DNA from: an uncultured delta proteobacterium
Lineage (GTDB): Bacteria; Myxococcota_A; Polyangia; Fen-1088
DNA length: 64,000 nt
Assembly: GCA_963767925.1 (NCBI GenBank)
Contig: CAVYGB010000008.1
Location: 1,344,001-1,408,000 of the forward strand
Direction: 5' to 3'
Position numbers and translations under genes: made by a program. Below the pieces are notes generated by a model. That model worked only from the letters and a program-made list of their open reading frames with translations, made no database searches and was not told the origin of the DNA. Of this stretch, positions 53,891-64,000 are shown in pieces; position 1 is the first letter of the stretch; each line of letters starts with the position of its first letter.

Positions 53891-54492
53891 TGAACGAGCT
53901 CATCTCGAAGCTGATGAAGCTCAAGCCGCCGCAGAAGGCGGCCGCGACCGCGGTGGCCATCGCGGTGATCGCGGGACTCTATTACCAGTTCTTCTACGCC
54001 GACATCAGCGACAGCCTGGCGGCGGCGGAGGCTGCCCGGACCCGACTGGCCGAGGAGCGGTCGGGCTATGAGCGGCGCAAGGTGGAGTACCTGGCCTACC
54101 GCAACGAGCTGGTGCAATTGCAGGAGGAGCAGCGCGAGCTGCTGCGAGTCCTGCCCAAGCGCGACGAGATCGCCTCTTTCCTCGGCAGCATCCAGGAGCA
54201 GGGGGAGCTGTCGGGCCTCGAGGTGATGAGCTTCAACGTGGAGAACGAGATCCCCGAGGAGCTCTACATCAAGATCCCCGTGCGGATGGAGGTGCGGGGC
54301 GGGTTTCACTCGGTGACGAAGTTCTTCAAGAGCGTGAGCGAGCTGCGCCGCATCGTCACGGTCGAGGACCTGGCCCTGGTGCCCGAGCGCGACGTGCGCG
54401 ACGAGAGCGCCCCGATGCGGCTGAAGGCCCGCTTCGTGGCTGCCACCTACCGCTATCAAGATCCGGCCGAGAAGGAGGGGGGTGGAACTTGA
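53890..54492 (+). CDS. pilO: Type IV pilus assembly protein PilO
   Basis: TM helix, coiled coil, LP..EI, IPV.MEVRGGFH..FF..V..LRRIV, ATYRY. Confidence 0.92.
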   Translation: MNELISKLMKLKPPQKAAATAVAIAVIAGLYYQFFYADISDSLAAAEAARTRLAEERSGYERRKVEYLAYRNELVQLQEEQRELLRVLPKRDEIASFLGSIQEQGELSGLEVMSFNVENEIPEELYIKIPVRMEVRGGFHSVTKFFKSVSELRRIVTVEDLALVPERDVRDESAPMRLKARFVAATYRYQDPAEKEGGGT

Positions 54493-55136
54493 GCGCGCTG
54501 CGGGTGGGCAAGGTCGTGGGGGTGATGGTGTTGCTGTCGGGGGTGGGCCACGCCCAGCCACCGGGAGCGGAAAACGATCCGACGATGAACCGACCGGGCA
54601 CGCCCCGCCTCGGCGAGGTCAGGAGCACGATCACGAGTGCGGTCAAGGAGGCAGCCGAGCGCGCCGCCGGCAAGGTGACAGGGACCGCTGCCGCCGCGGC
54701 GCCCGCCGGCCCCGCCCCCTCCGATCCCGCCGCCCGGGCGGCGGCGCTCCGGCGCAAGACGCTGCGCGAGGAGGACTTCGTCGACAACGACGAGAGCAAC
54801 CGGGATCCGTTCAAGTCCTTCATCCGGCTGTTCATCGACAAGGGCGTGACGAAGACCCGGCAGGTCCCGGCCATCTTCGAGAAGTTCGCCCTCGAGGAGC
54901 TGGCTCTCATCGCGGTCGTCTCGGGCGACGCCCAGCCCCGGGCCATGTTCCGGGATCCGGGTGGGCTCGGGCAGACCGTCAAGCGCGGCGACTACGTCTC
55001 CAAGTCGGGGGCCCGCATCACGAAGATCCTGTCCGACCGGGTGATCCTGGAGGTTGCCGAGAGCAGCTCCACCGGTGAACCGCGCGCGATCGAGAAGGCC
55101 GTCCTCGTCCATCCCGAGGAAGAGGCACAAAAATGA
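54489..55136 (+). CDS. pilP: Type IV pilus assembly protein PilP (no lipobox cysteine)
   Basis: RDPF motif, EKFALEELALIAVV, AMFRDP.G.G..VKRGDYV; lies between pilO and pilQ. Confidence 0.85.
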   Translation: MSALRVGKVVGVMVLLSGVGHAQPPGAENDPTMNRPGTPRLGEVRSTITSAVKEAAERAAGKVTGTAAAAAPAGPAPSDPAARAAALRRKTLREEDFVDNDESNRDPFKSFIRLFIDKGVTKTRQVPAIFEKFALEELALIAVVSGDAQPRAMFRDPGGLGQTVKRGDYVSKSGARITKILSDRVILEVAESSSTGEPRAIEKAVLVHPEEEAQK

Positions 55137-55186
55137 TGCCCGGGGGGTGGAGGCCAGGTTCACGACGGAGAGGTCCGACGGTGCGG

Positions 55187-58100
55187 ATGTCAGAGCGTAA
55201 ACGGGGTGTGATGGTGGTGGGGTTGGTCCTGTCGGCGCTCATCGCGGACCGAGCGGCGCTGGCCCAGGCCCGGGGGCTTGTCGAATCGGTGACCGCCTCC
55301 GAGGCGGAGGAGGGGGTGACCTCGGTGTGGATCGGGGTCTCGGCCCGCCCCACCTTCACGACCTGGAAGCTCGAGCAGCCGGCCCGGGTCGTGATCGACA
55401 TCAGCGGCACCCGCCTGGGCCCGGTCAACGTGCCCTTCGATGCCGGCACCTTCGCGGTGGGGGCCGTCTCGGCCATCGCCAGTGACGGCGACGGCGGGGC
55501 CCGCACGCGGGTTGTGCTCACCCTGCGCCGGGCGGCTGACTATGACGTCGAGAGCAGCGGCAACCGGATCACGGTCCGGGTGCGGCCCCACGATCGCCCG
55601 GCGGCCCCGGGCGGGCCGGAGGTCGCCCGCCTGAAGAACGAGGCAGCGACGGCCCGGCAGCAGGCCGAGACCCGTCGAGGCGAGGCGAACCAGGCACGCA
55701 GCGAGGCCCTCGATCTCGCCGGCAAGCTGTCCCAGGAACGCCGGGCCCTCGAGCTCGAGCGCCAGAAGATCAAGCAGGCGGAGCAGGCGGCGGCAGAGGC
55801 CGCCCGGCGGCTGGCGGCGGAGCGGACCGAGACCGAACGGGCCCGGGCCGAAGCCGATCGCCTGCGCGCCGAGGCGGCCAGCGCTCAGAAGCTGGCCCAG
55901 AAGGAGCGGGCCGCGGCCGAGGTGGCCCTGGCGTCGGCCCAGGCCGCCCAGAAGAGCGCCGAGGAGCGCCTGCGCAAGGGGCGCGCCGAACACGGGCTGA
56001 AGCTCGACTCCGAGATGGCCCAGGCCCGGGCGGAGACCGAACGGGCCCGCGGGACCGCCGACCGCGCCACCGCCGAGGTGGCCCGGCTGGCCAAGGAACG
56101 GACCGCGCTCGCCTCTCTGCGCGCCGAGCTCGACCGGCGCCAGCAGGCACTGGCCAGCGCCGAGACCGACGTGCGCCGGACGCAGCACCAGACCGACCAG
56201 CTGCGCCAGCGCATGGAGGAGGCCCGCTCGAAAGAGGAGGCCCGCAGCGGCGCGGCCCGGGCGGCGGCCGAGCGGCTCGCCCAGCAGCGCGAGCAGCTCG
56301 ACGCCAAGCTAACGGCCCAGGAGGAGCAGCGGCGCCGCCTCACGGCCGCCGAGCAGCTCGTGACCCAGCGGGACGAGGCCGTCAAGCGAGCGGCCCAGGA
56401 TCTGGAGCGCCGGGAGCAGGCGTCCCGGGCGGCCGCCGCCCGTTTGACCGGGCTGGCCCGTCAGGTAGGCGCCACCCAGGCGGCCAAGGACGAGGCGAGC
56501 GCCGCGCTGGCCGCGGCCGAGGCCGAGCGAACCAGCGCCGCCCAGGCGGCCCAGCGGAGCCGGCGGGAGCTGGAGCAGGCGGTGTCCAACCGCCGCCTCG
56601 AGGACGAACGCCGGTCGGCCCTCGAGCTCGAGCGCAAGGCCGAAGAGCAGCGGCTGGCCAGCGCGGCCACCCGCCGGGCCGACGAGGAGTCGCGGCTGGC
56701 CCAGGCCACGGAGGCCCGCCGCCGCGAGGAGCGCCGGATGGCGGAGATCTCCGCAACCCGCGACAAGCTCGAGCTCGACCGGGCCCGCCTGGAAGACGAG
56801 CGCCAGAAGCTGGTAGGGGAGCTGGGGCGGCTGCGCAAGACCGCCGCCGTGGCCCTGGCCCCGTCGGCGCCGTCCCCCCGACCGCCGGCCGCCGCGCCGG
56901 CGCCGCCCCCCGCCCCGACGGTCGCAGCTCCGGCGAAGGTGGCCCTGGCGGACAGCCCGGCCCGGGCGCCGGCCGCCTCCCCGGTGCTGGCCCGGCCCTT
57001 CAGCGTCACCCTGCGCGCTCCCAGCCGCATCCAGCGCATCGACTTCGTGGACGAGCCGGCCCGGGCCTCGGTCATCATCGATCTCGACGAGCCTTCGTCC
57101 TTCCGGATCCAGCAGACGGGAGGCCGCCGGGTGAGCCTGCACCTCTTCAAGACCGAGGTTCCGCGCGGCCTGGAGCGCTCCCTCGACGCCACCGAATACC
57201 TGGGACCGATCCGGGTGATCAGCACCTACCGGGACCCGGCCCAGCGGGACGCCGTCCGCATCGACGTCGACATGGCGGAGGACGTGCCCAACACCATTCG
57301 CCAGGACGGATCCCGCCTGTACTGGGACTTCCGCAAGAGCCCCTCGTCGCAGTCCCCCTGGTCGGAGTCGGTCCGCTGGCCCCGCAAGCTGGCCGGCTAC
57401 TCGAACGCCGGCCTGGCGCCGATCATCGAGGGCAGCCTCCTGGCCCAGGCCGCCGGCAGCTCGGGCGCCTCGGTGCGCACCTCGGCCAACAACAAGAAAC
57501 GCTACACCGGCCGGCGCATCGACCTCGACTTCAAGGGCGCCGACATCCACAACATCCTGCGCCTGCTCGCCGACGTCGGCGTGGTCAACATCGTGACCTC
57601 CGACGACGTCAAGGGTGAGGTCACCATCAAGATGCGCGACGTCCCCTGGGACCAGGCCCTCGACGTGGTCCTGCGACAGAAGCAGCTCGGCCAGGTCCGC
57701 GAAGGCAACCTGATCCGGGTGGCCCCTCTGGCGGTGCTGGAGAAGGAGCTGGAGCAGGAGATCGCTCGCCAGAAGCAGATCACCGAGGTGCTGCCCACCG
57801 AGACCCGCCTGATCGGCGTGTCCTACGCCGACGCCAAGAGCCTGATGGACCGGGGCCGCGACCTGCTCTCGCCGCGCGGCAAGATCTCGGTCGACGAGCG
57901 CACCAACACGCTCATCGTGTCGGACGTGGCCCGCAACCTGGCGCTGGTCGAGGAGCTCATCCGCAACCTCGACACCCAGACCTCGCAGGTGGTCATCGAG
58001 GCCCGCATCGTCGAGGCCCGCTCGACCTTCGTCCGGCAGATCGGCGTGCAGTGGGGCGGGACCGGCTTCGCCGACACCGCGCACGGCAACCCCACCGGGC

Positions 58101-58814
58101 TCGTCTTCCCGCACAACATCGGGATCGGCGGCGGCGCCACCGACGGGAACACGCCCCTGGAGGGCCTGGTGCCGGGTCCCCGCTCGGGGACCGCGGTGGC
58201 CAGCCCCAACTTCGCGGTCAACATGCCGGCCGCCGTCGGCGCCGGGAGCCGGTGGCGCGATCGGCCTGACCCTGGGCTCGGTGGCGGGGGCCTTCAACCT
58301 GAACCTGCGGCTCTCGGCCATGGAATCGACGGGCCAGGTTCGCATTCTTTCCTCGCCACGCATCTCCACTCTGGACAATCATGAGGCGTCCATCGAGCAG
58401 GGCGTCTCCATCCCCATCTCGGTGGTCAGCGCCCAGGGCGTGCAAACCGTGTTCGTCGACGCCAAGCTCAACCTGACCGTGAAGCCCCACGTCACCAACG
58501 ATGGGACCGTGATGATGGACGTCACGGTCACCCGCAACGAGCCCGACTTCGTCAACACGGGCGCCCGCGGCGATCCCACCATCTTGAAGAAGGAGGCCAA
58601 CACCGTGATGCTGGTGCGCGACGGCGACACCGCCGTCATCGGCGGCATCTATCAGCGCAACTCCGGTCTCAGCTACGCCAAGGTGCCCTTCCTGGCCGAC
58701 ATCCCCGTGCTGGGCGCGCTCTTCCGCACCCGCCGGGAAAACGACGACCGGACCGAGTTCCTGGTCTTCATCACCCCCCGGATCGCGAACCGTGGACGTG
58801 CGCTCGGACAATGA
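55187..58814 (+). CDS. pilQ: Type IV pilus secretin PilQ with long coiled-coil insertion (frameshift near 58250)
   Basis: AMIN-like domains, YTGRRIDLDFKGADI, DVPWDQAL, DERTNTLIV, QVVIEARIVEA; after the shift SSPRISTLDN, DGDTAVIGG, KVPFLADIPVLGALF, FITPRI. Confidence 0.93.
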
Positions 58815-59346
58815 ACATCGACCGGGGAGACCCGTCGTGATCATCGGTTTCATGGGGACGGGAAAGACCACGGTGGGGCGCCTGCTGGCGGAGCGGATGG
58901 GGCGCCGGTTCGTCGATCTCGACGAGGCCATCAGCGCCCAGGCGGGCCATTCCATCGCCGACATCTTCCGCTCGGGCGGCGAGGCGGCCTTCCGCCGGCT
59001 CGAGCAGGAGGCGCTCACCCGGGCCCTGGCCGAGCCCGACACGGTGCTGGCCACCGGCGGGGGGGCCGCCTGTCGGGAGCCGAACCTGTCCCTGATGCTC
59101 GAGGCGGGGCGGGTGGTGGCCCTCTCCGCGCCCCCCGAGGAGGTCCTGCGTCGCACCGGTCGGCTGTCGGGCCGCCCCCTGCTCGATGGGGCGACCGATC
59201 CGCTGGAGGCGGCCCGGGATCTGCTGCGGCAGCGCGAGCCGTTTTACGCCCGCGCGCACATCCGGATCGACACGGTCGAAAAAGGGCCCGAGCAGGTGGT
59301 GGCCGAGGTGCTCGCAGCGCTGGGCAAGGAGAGGGAGCTGTCATGA
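58811..59346 (+). CDS. aroK: Shikimate kinase (start region probably frameshifted)
   Basis: IIGFMGTGKTTVG, FVDLD, GEAAFR.LE, ATGGG, RPLL, REPFY. Confidence 0.92.
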
Positions 59347-60134
59347 AGCGGGTGGATAGAGGCGTGTGGTTCTTGACTGTGGGCGGGCTGCTTCTCCTGA
59401 CCGCCTGCACGGACGCGAATGGATCGCTCGTCGTGGTCCAGGCTCAGGTCCCAGACGACTCCTGTGCTGTGTCCGACTCTGCCGATGACATGGCCCGGCT
59501 GGAGTCGGGCGTCCTCGACGTCGCCCTGGACCAGCTCTACTCGTACAAGCTGTTTCCCCTGGTGCAGAACAACCTGCTGCCCCTGGCCGCCGACAACGAC
59601 ATCGAGGCCAACCGCGTCTCGGTGACCGGGGCCCGGGTGAAGATCGTGCCGCCCACCGGGGTCACGGTCCCCTTCCGCGGCGACTGCGCCGCCGAGTTCG
59701 ACCACCCCAGCCAATCGACCATCGATCCCGGGAGTCAGCGGGCGATACGGGTCGAGGCGGTACGGGCCTGCCATGCTTCCCTCTTCCAGGAGCTCTTCAA
59801 GCAGGGCGCGCTCAACCCCGCGGTGGGTGAGAGCGTGTATTTCCGGGTCATCGTGCGCATAAAGGGGACCCACGGCGGCACCCAGATCCTGTCCGACCCC
59901 TTCGAGTTCCCGGTCCGGATCTGCTACGGCTGCCTGCAGACGGGCTTTTCGGGCCCCTATTCGCTGTTCAACTTCCCCCGGACGCCGCCGTGCAGCGCCC
60001 TCGACGACAACCCGTTCCTGGGCAACCGGTGCGGCCCCGCCCAGGACTTCGGGCCCATCCTCTGCTGCGCCCGCGACGAGCAGGGGACCGTCCTGCAATG
60101 CCCGGCGGTCCCCGCTGGCTCCGGGACGCCGTGA
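59343..60134 (+). CDS. Cys-rich hypothetical lipoprotein
   Basis: Lipobox LTAC; FEFPVRICYGCL and a Cys cluster at the C-terminus; ATGA overlap with aroK. Confidence 0.75.
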   Translation: MKRVDRGVWFLTVGGLLLLTACTDANGSLVVVQAQVPDDSCAVSDSADDMARLESGVLDVALDQLYSYKLFPLVQNNLLPLAADNDIEANRVSVTGARVKIVPPTGVTVPFRGDCAAEFDHPSQSTIDPGSQRAIRVEAVRACHASLFQELFKQGALNPAVGESVYFRVIVRIKGTHGGTQILSDPFEFPVRICYGCLQTGFSGPYSLFNFPRTPPCSALDDNPFLGNRCGPAQDFGPILCCARDEQGTVLQCPAVPAGSGTP

Positions 60135-60141
60135 TCGCGCC

Positions 60142-60171
60142 TTGACACCTCCGTCGGCCAGGGTCTAAATC
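60142..60171 (+). promoter_or_regulatory. Possible sigma-70 promoter upstream of the roadblock gene
   Basis: TTGACA followed 17-18 nt later by CTAAATC. Confidence 0.4.
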
Positions 60172-60183
60172 GGGGCGAACAGG

Positions 60184-60543
60184 ATGTTCCGGGACAGCCT
60201 TCAGAAGCTGGTCGAGCGGGTCGAGGGGGGCGTCGCCGGCATCCTCATGGGGTTCGACGGCATCTCCGTCGAGGCCTACACCCGCCCCAACGAGGCCGGC
60301 GCCGACATCCAGACCGTCGGTATGGAGCTGGCCCACGTCATCGGACAGGTGCGCCGGGCCGCCGAGCTGCTGGAGGTCGGTCGGCTGTCGGAGGTCATCG
60401 TGCGGGCCGACAAGATGGTGGTGCTCGTGCGGGCCCTCAACGACGAGTATTTCCTCGCCTTCGCCTTGCGGCCTGCGGGCAACTTCGGCAAGGCACGCTA
60501 CGTGCTCCGGTTGCTCGCGCCCAAGATCCAGGCTGAATTGTGA
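60184..60543 (+). CDS. mglC: Roadblock/LC7 domain protein (MglC-like)
   Basis: [22 protein letters not shown] roadblock pattern; position between pilQ and accBC matches mglC in Myxococcus as I recall it. Confidence 0.75.
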   Translation: MFRDSLQKLVERVEGGVAGILMGFDGISVEAYTRPNEAGADIQTVGMELAHVIGQVRRAAELLEVGRLSEVIVRADKMVVLVRALNDEYFLAFALRPAGNFGKARYVLRLLAPKIQAEL

Positions 60544-61084
60544 CGTCCCGGCCGCGCAGCCCACGGGGCTCACGGGACGGCCGGCGGGATGGACAGGGGC
60601 AGACAGGGGCAGGAGGAGGGGGCAGGGGCCCGACATCGGCCAGGGTCCTGGTCCTGCACGGGCCCAACCTCAATTTGCTGGGGACCCGGGAGCCGGACGT
60701 CTACGGGACTGTCACGCTGCCTCAGATCGATGCCGGCCTGCAGGCCGCCGCCCGGGACCTCGGGTTGGCGCTGGACACGTTTCAGTCCAACCACGAAGGC
60801 GCGCTGATCGACCGGGTCCAGGCCGCCCGTAAGGACTGTGCCGCGATCATCATCAATCCCGGAGGCTACACCCACACCAGCGTGGCCCTGCGCGATGCTC
60901 TGGCGGCGGTGGGCCTTCCGGTGATAGAGGTTCACCTCAGCAACGTGGCTGCCCGCGAAGAATTCCGACATCGATCCCTGATCGCTCCCATCTCGGTGGG
61001 TCAGATCGTCGGGCTGGGAGCGGTCGGGTACCGCCTGGCGCTCGAAGCGGTGGCCCACATCCTCGAGAAAGGAAGCGCGCTTCG

Positions 61085-61088
<4 letters not shown>
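60540..61088 (+). CDS. aroQ: Type II 3-dehydroquinate dehydratase
   Basis: [51 protein letters not shown]. Confidence 0.96.
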
Positions 61089-61585
<497 letters not shown>

Positions 61586-61600
61586 GCCGGACACCCGGTC

Positions 61601-62926
61601 GTGTTCAAGAAGGTCCTCATCGCCAATCGGGGCGAGATCGCCCTGCGGGTCATCCGGACCTGCCGGGAGATGGGCGCCCGTTCGGTCGCCGTGCACTCCA
61701 CCGCCGACGCCGACGCCCTGCACGTCCGCTTCGCCGACGAGAAGGTCTGCATCGGGCCGCCGCCGGCCCGGGCCAGCTACCTGAACGTCGCCGCCCTCAT
61801 CAGCGCGGCCGAGGTCACCGGCGCTGACGCCGTCCACCCCGGCTACGGCTTCCTCTCCGAAAACGCCGAGTTCGCCGAGGTCGTGGAAAAGTGCGGCCTC
61901 ATCTGGATCGGCCCGCAGCCCAAGGTCATGCGCACCATGGGCGACAAGGTGTCCGCCCGCAGCACCATGGCCGCGGCGGGGGTCCCGATCTTGCCCGGCA
62001 CCGGCGCGATCGAGAGCGAACGCGAGGCCCTCGAGGCCGTCGAGCGCATCGGCCTGCCGGTCATCATCAAGGCGGCGGGCGGCGGGGGCGGTCGGGGCAT
62101 GAAGATCGTCGAGGACCGCACCCGGCTGGGCGCTCAGCTCCAGGCGGCGCGAGCCGAGGCCCAGGCCGGCTTCGGCAACCCGACCGTCTACATCGAACGG
62201 TACATCGGGCGCCCCCGCCACATCGAGGTGCAGGTGCTCGGCGACGGCCGCAACGCCATCGCCCTGGGCGAGCGGGAGTGCTCGATCCAGCGCCGTCATC
62301 AGAAGCTGGTGGAGGAGGCCCCCTCGGTGGCGCTCGACGACAACCGGCGGGAGGAGCTGCTGCGCCTGGCCCGGAACGCCACCGCCGCCCTCGGCTACAA
62401 GACCGTGGGAACGCTCGAGTTCCTGCTGGACGAGGACCGCCGCTTCTACTTCATGGAGATGAACACGCGCATCCAGGTCGAGCACACCGTCACCGAAGAG
62501 GTGTTCGGGGTCGATCTGGTGCGCGAGCAGATGCGGCTGGCGGCGGGCGAGCCCCTGCGCCTGGGCGGGGACCTGCGCCCGCGCGGCCACGCCATCGAGG
62601 TGCGGATCAACGCCGAGGACCCGGTCACCTTTGCGCCTTCGCCCGGTGTCATCACCGCCCTCCACCTGCCGGGGGGCCCGGGCGTGCGGATCGACACCCA
62701 CATCTACACCAACTACCGCGTCCCTCCCAACTACGACTCGCTGCTGGCCAAGCTGATCGTCCGCGCCGACAACCGGCCGGCGGCGGTGGCGCGGCTCCGG
62801 CGGGCGCTCGGCCGAGTTCGTGGTGGAGGGCACCCAAGACCAACATCCCCTTTTTCCAGCGCCTCATCGAACATCCCGGACTTCATCGCGGGTCGTCTCG
62901 ACACCCACCTCATCGAGCGCATGTAG
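61601..62926 (+). CDS. accC: Acetyl-CoA carboxylase biotin carboxylase (frameshifts near 62810-62870)
   Basis: KVLIANRGEIA, HPGYGFLSEN, GGGGRGM, ECSIQRRHQK, FMEMNTRIQVEH, RINAED, YDSLLAKLI. Confidence 0.96.
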   Translation: MFKKVLIANRGEIALRVIRTCREMGARSVAVHSTADADALHVRFADEKVCIGPPPARASYLNVAALISAAEVTGADAVHPGYGFLSENAEFAEVVEKCGLIWIGPQPKVMRTMGDKVSARSTMAAAGVPILPGTGAIESEREALEAVERIGLPVIIKAAGGGGGRGMKIVEDRTRLGAQLQAARAEAQAGFGNPTVYIERYIGRPRHIEVQVLGDGRNAIALGERECSIQRRHQKLVEEAPSVALDDNRREELLRLARNATAALGYKTVGTLEFLLDEDRRFYFMEMNTRIQVEHTVTEEVFGVDLVREQMRLAAGEPLRLGGDLRPRGHAIEVRINAEDPVTFAPSPGVITALHLPGGPGVRIDTHIYTNYRVPPNYDSLLAKLIVRADNRPAAVARLRRALGRVRGGGHPRPTSPFSSASSNIPDFIAGRLDTHLIERM

Positions 62927-63079
62927 CGGACGCGCGCCGGAGCGAGCGGGAGAAAAAAGCGGCTCTGATGGCCTGCGGCGAGCGCGGCCGTTGTCGTCGG
63001 CGACGGCCGTGAAATCCCACCGTCCTCGCTTTACAGGCGGGAGGTTAGCAGTAACACTCGGTAAAAGGCGGATCGTCCC

Positions 63080-64000
63080 GTGGTGACCAAGAAGGACAAG
63101 TTCCTGGCTTCCGCCCAGAAGCTCCTCGAGCGAGGCAGCCTCGACAAGGCCCTGGCGGACTTCCTGAAAGCCGCCCAGGAGGACCCCAAGGACACGAGGA
63201 CCTGGCTGCGCATCGCCGAGATCCACGTCAAGCGCGGCGAGAACCCGCAGGCCACGCAGGTATATCTGAAGACCGCCGAGCTCTACGTCGAGCAGGGGTT
63301 CTTCCAGCGGGCGGTCGCGGTCTACAAGAACGTCCTGAAGCTGACGCCCGGCCACACCGACGCCCACTTCAAGCTGGCCGACGTCTACAAGCAGCTCGGC
63401 CTCTTCTCGGACGCCGCACAGCAATACGACCACGCCGCTTCGGCGTTCCAGCGGGCCGGCCGGCTCAAGGAAGCGATCTCGGCGATCTGCGCAGATCGTG
63501 GAGATGAACCCGGATCAGGTGATGTCGCGCGTGCGCCTGGCCGAGCTGGCCGCGCAGGCGGGCAACAACGAGGACGCCGCCCGGGAGTTCGGGCGGGCGG
63601 CCGAGCAGCTCGAGGAGCAGGGGCGGGTCGACGACTACCTCCGGGTGGCGGAGCGGTTGCTGGCCATCCAGCCCGACCACCACCCGCTCGCGCGCAAGGT
63701 CGCGGTCCGCCACCTGGAACGGCAGAACCCCCGGGCCGCGCTGGCCAAGCTGCAGGCCTGTTACAACGCCGACGCGACCGATCCCGACACGCTGGGCCTG
63801 CTGGCCAACACCTTCGAGCAGCTCGGACAGCCCGACAAGACACTGTCGGTCCTCAAGCAGCTCGCCAAGGTGTACGAGGACCGGCGGATGACCGCCGAGC
63901 GCACCCAGACCATCCAGCGCATCCTGCAGCTCGACCCCTCCGACCCCCTGGGCGCCCCGGCCCGCCCGCCCGCCGACGATCGCTTCGCCGGCAGCGGCCG
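63080..64000 (+). CDS. TPR-repeat protein, SgmX-like (truncated by window end; frameshift near 63490)
   Basis: Manual translation: TKKDKFLASAQKLLERGSLDKALADF..EDPKD..WLRIAEIHVKRG..GFFQRAVAVYKNVLKLTP; directly after accC as for Myxococcus sgmX. Confidence 0.75.
   Translation, partial: MVTKKDKFLASAQKLLERGSLDKALADFLKAAQEDPKDTRTWLRIAEIHVKRGENPQATQVYLKTAELYVEQGFFQRAVAVYKNVLKLTPGHTDAHFKLADVYKQLGLFSDAAQQYDHAASAFQRAGRLKEAISAICADRGDEPGSGDVARAPGRAGRAGGQQRGRRPGVRAGGRAARGAGAGRRLPPGGGAVAGHPARPPPARAQGRGPPPGTAEPPGRAGQAAGLLQRRRDRSRHAGPAGQHLRAARTARQDTVGPQAARQGVRGPADDRRAHPDHPAHPAARPLRPPGRPGPPARRRSLRRQRP

Overview
High-GC chromosomal segment of a myxobacterium-like organism (Myxococcota), inferred from the pilR2-like/pilMNOPQ/mglC-like/accBC/sgmX-like gene order. 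About 56 CDS are densely packed; I found no rRNA, tRNA, CRISPR array or mobile element. Left to right: a ~13.5 kb minus-strand run (maf, yggS, nucleoside deaminase, a split sarcosine/proline-oxidase-like complex, S41 protease, Kelch lipoprotein, membrane HExxH peptidase, large GltD-like Fe-S flavoprotein); ruvCAB preceded by a 25-codon YebC remnant; a HhH protein / pentapeptide-beta-helix / bactofilin operon; two tandem Cys-rich CX5CH lipoproteins; dapF-secG-tpiA with a degenerate PGK-like gene; glpD, aspS, xerD, scpAB, purHDE, tsaC, phoH-ybeY, glpK; and a type IVa pilus cluster. Many housekeeping genes, including aspS, carry single-base frameshifts that look like long-read assembly errors, so several ORF-track fusions are artefacts. 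Best leads: the bactofilin/pentapeptide module, the probable PGK pseudoenzyme, a PilQ with a ~400-residue coiled-coil insertion paired with a Cys-less PilP, and the mini-YebC coupled to ruvC. All calls come from motif recognition by eye; no database searches were run.
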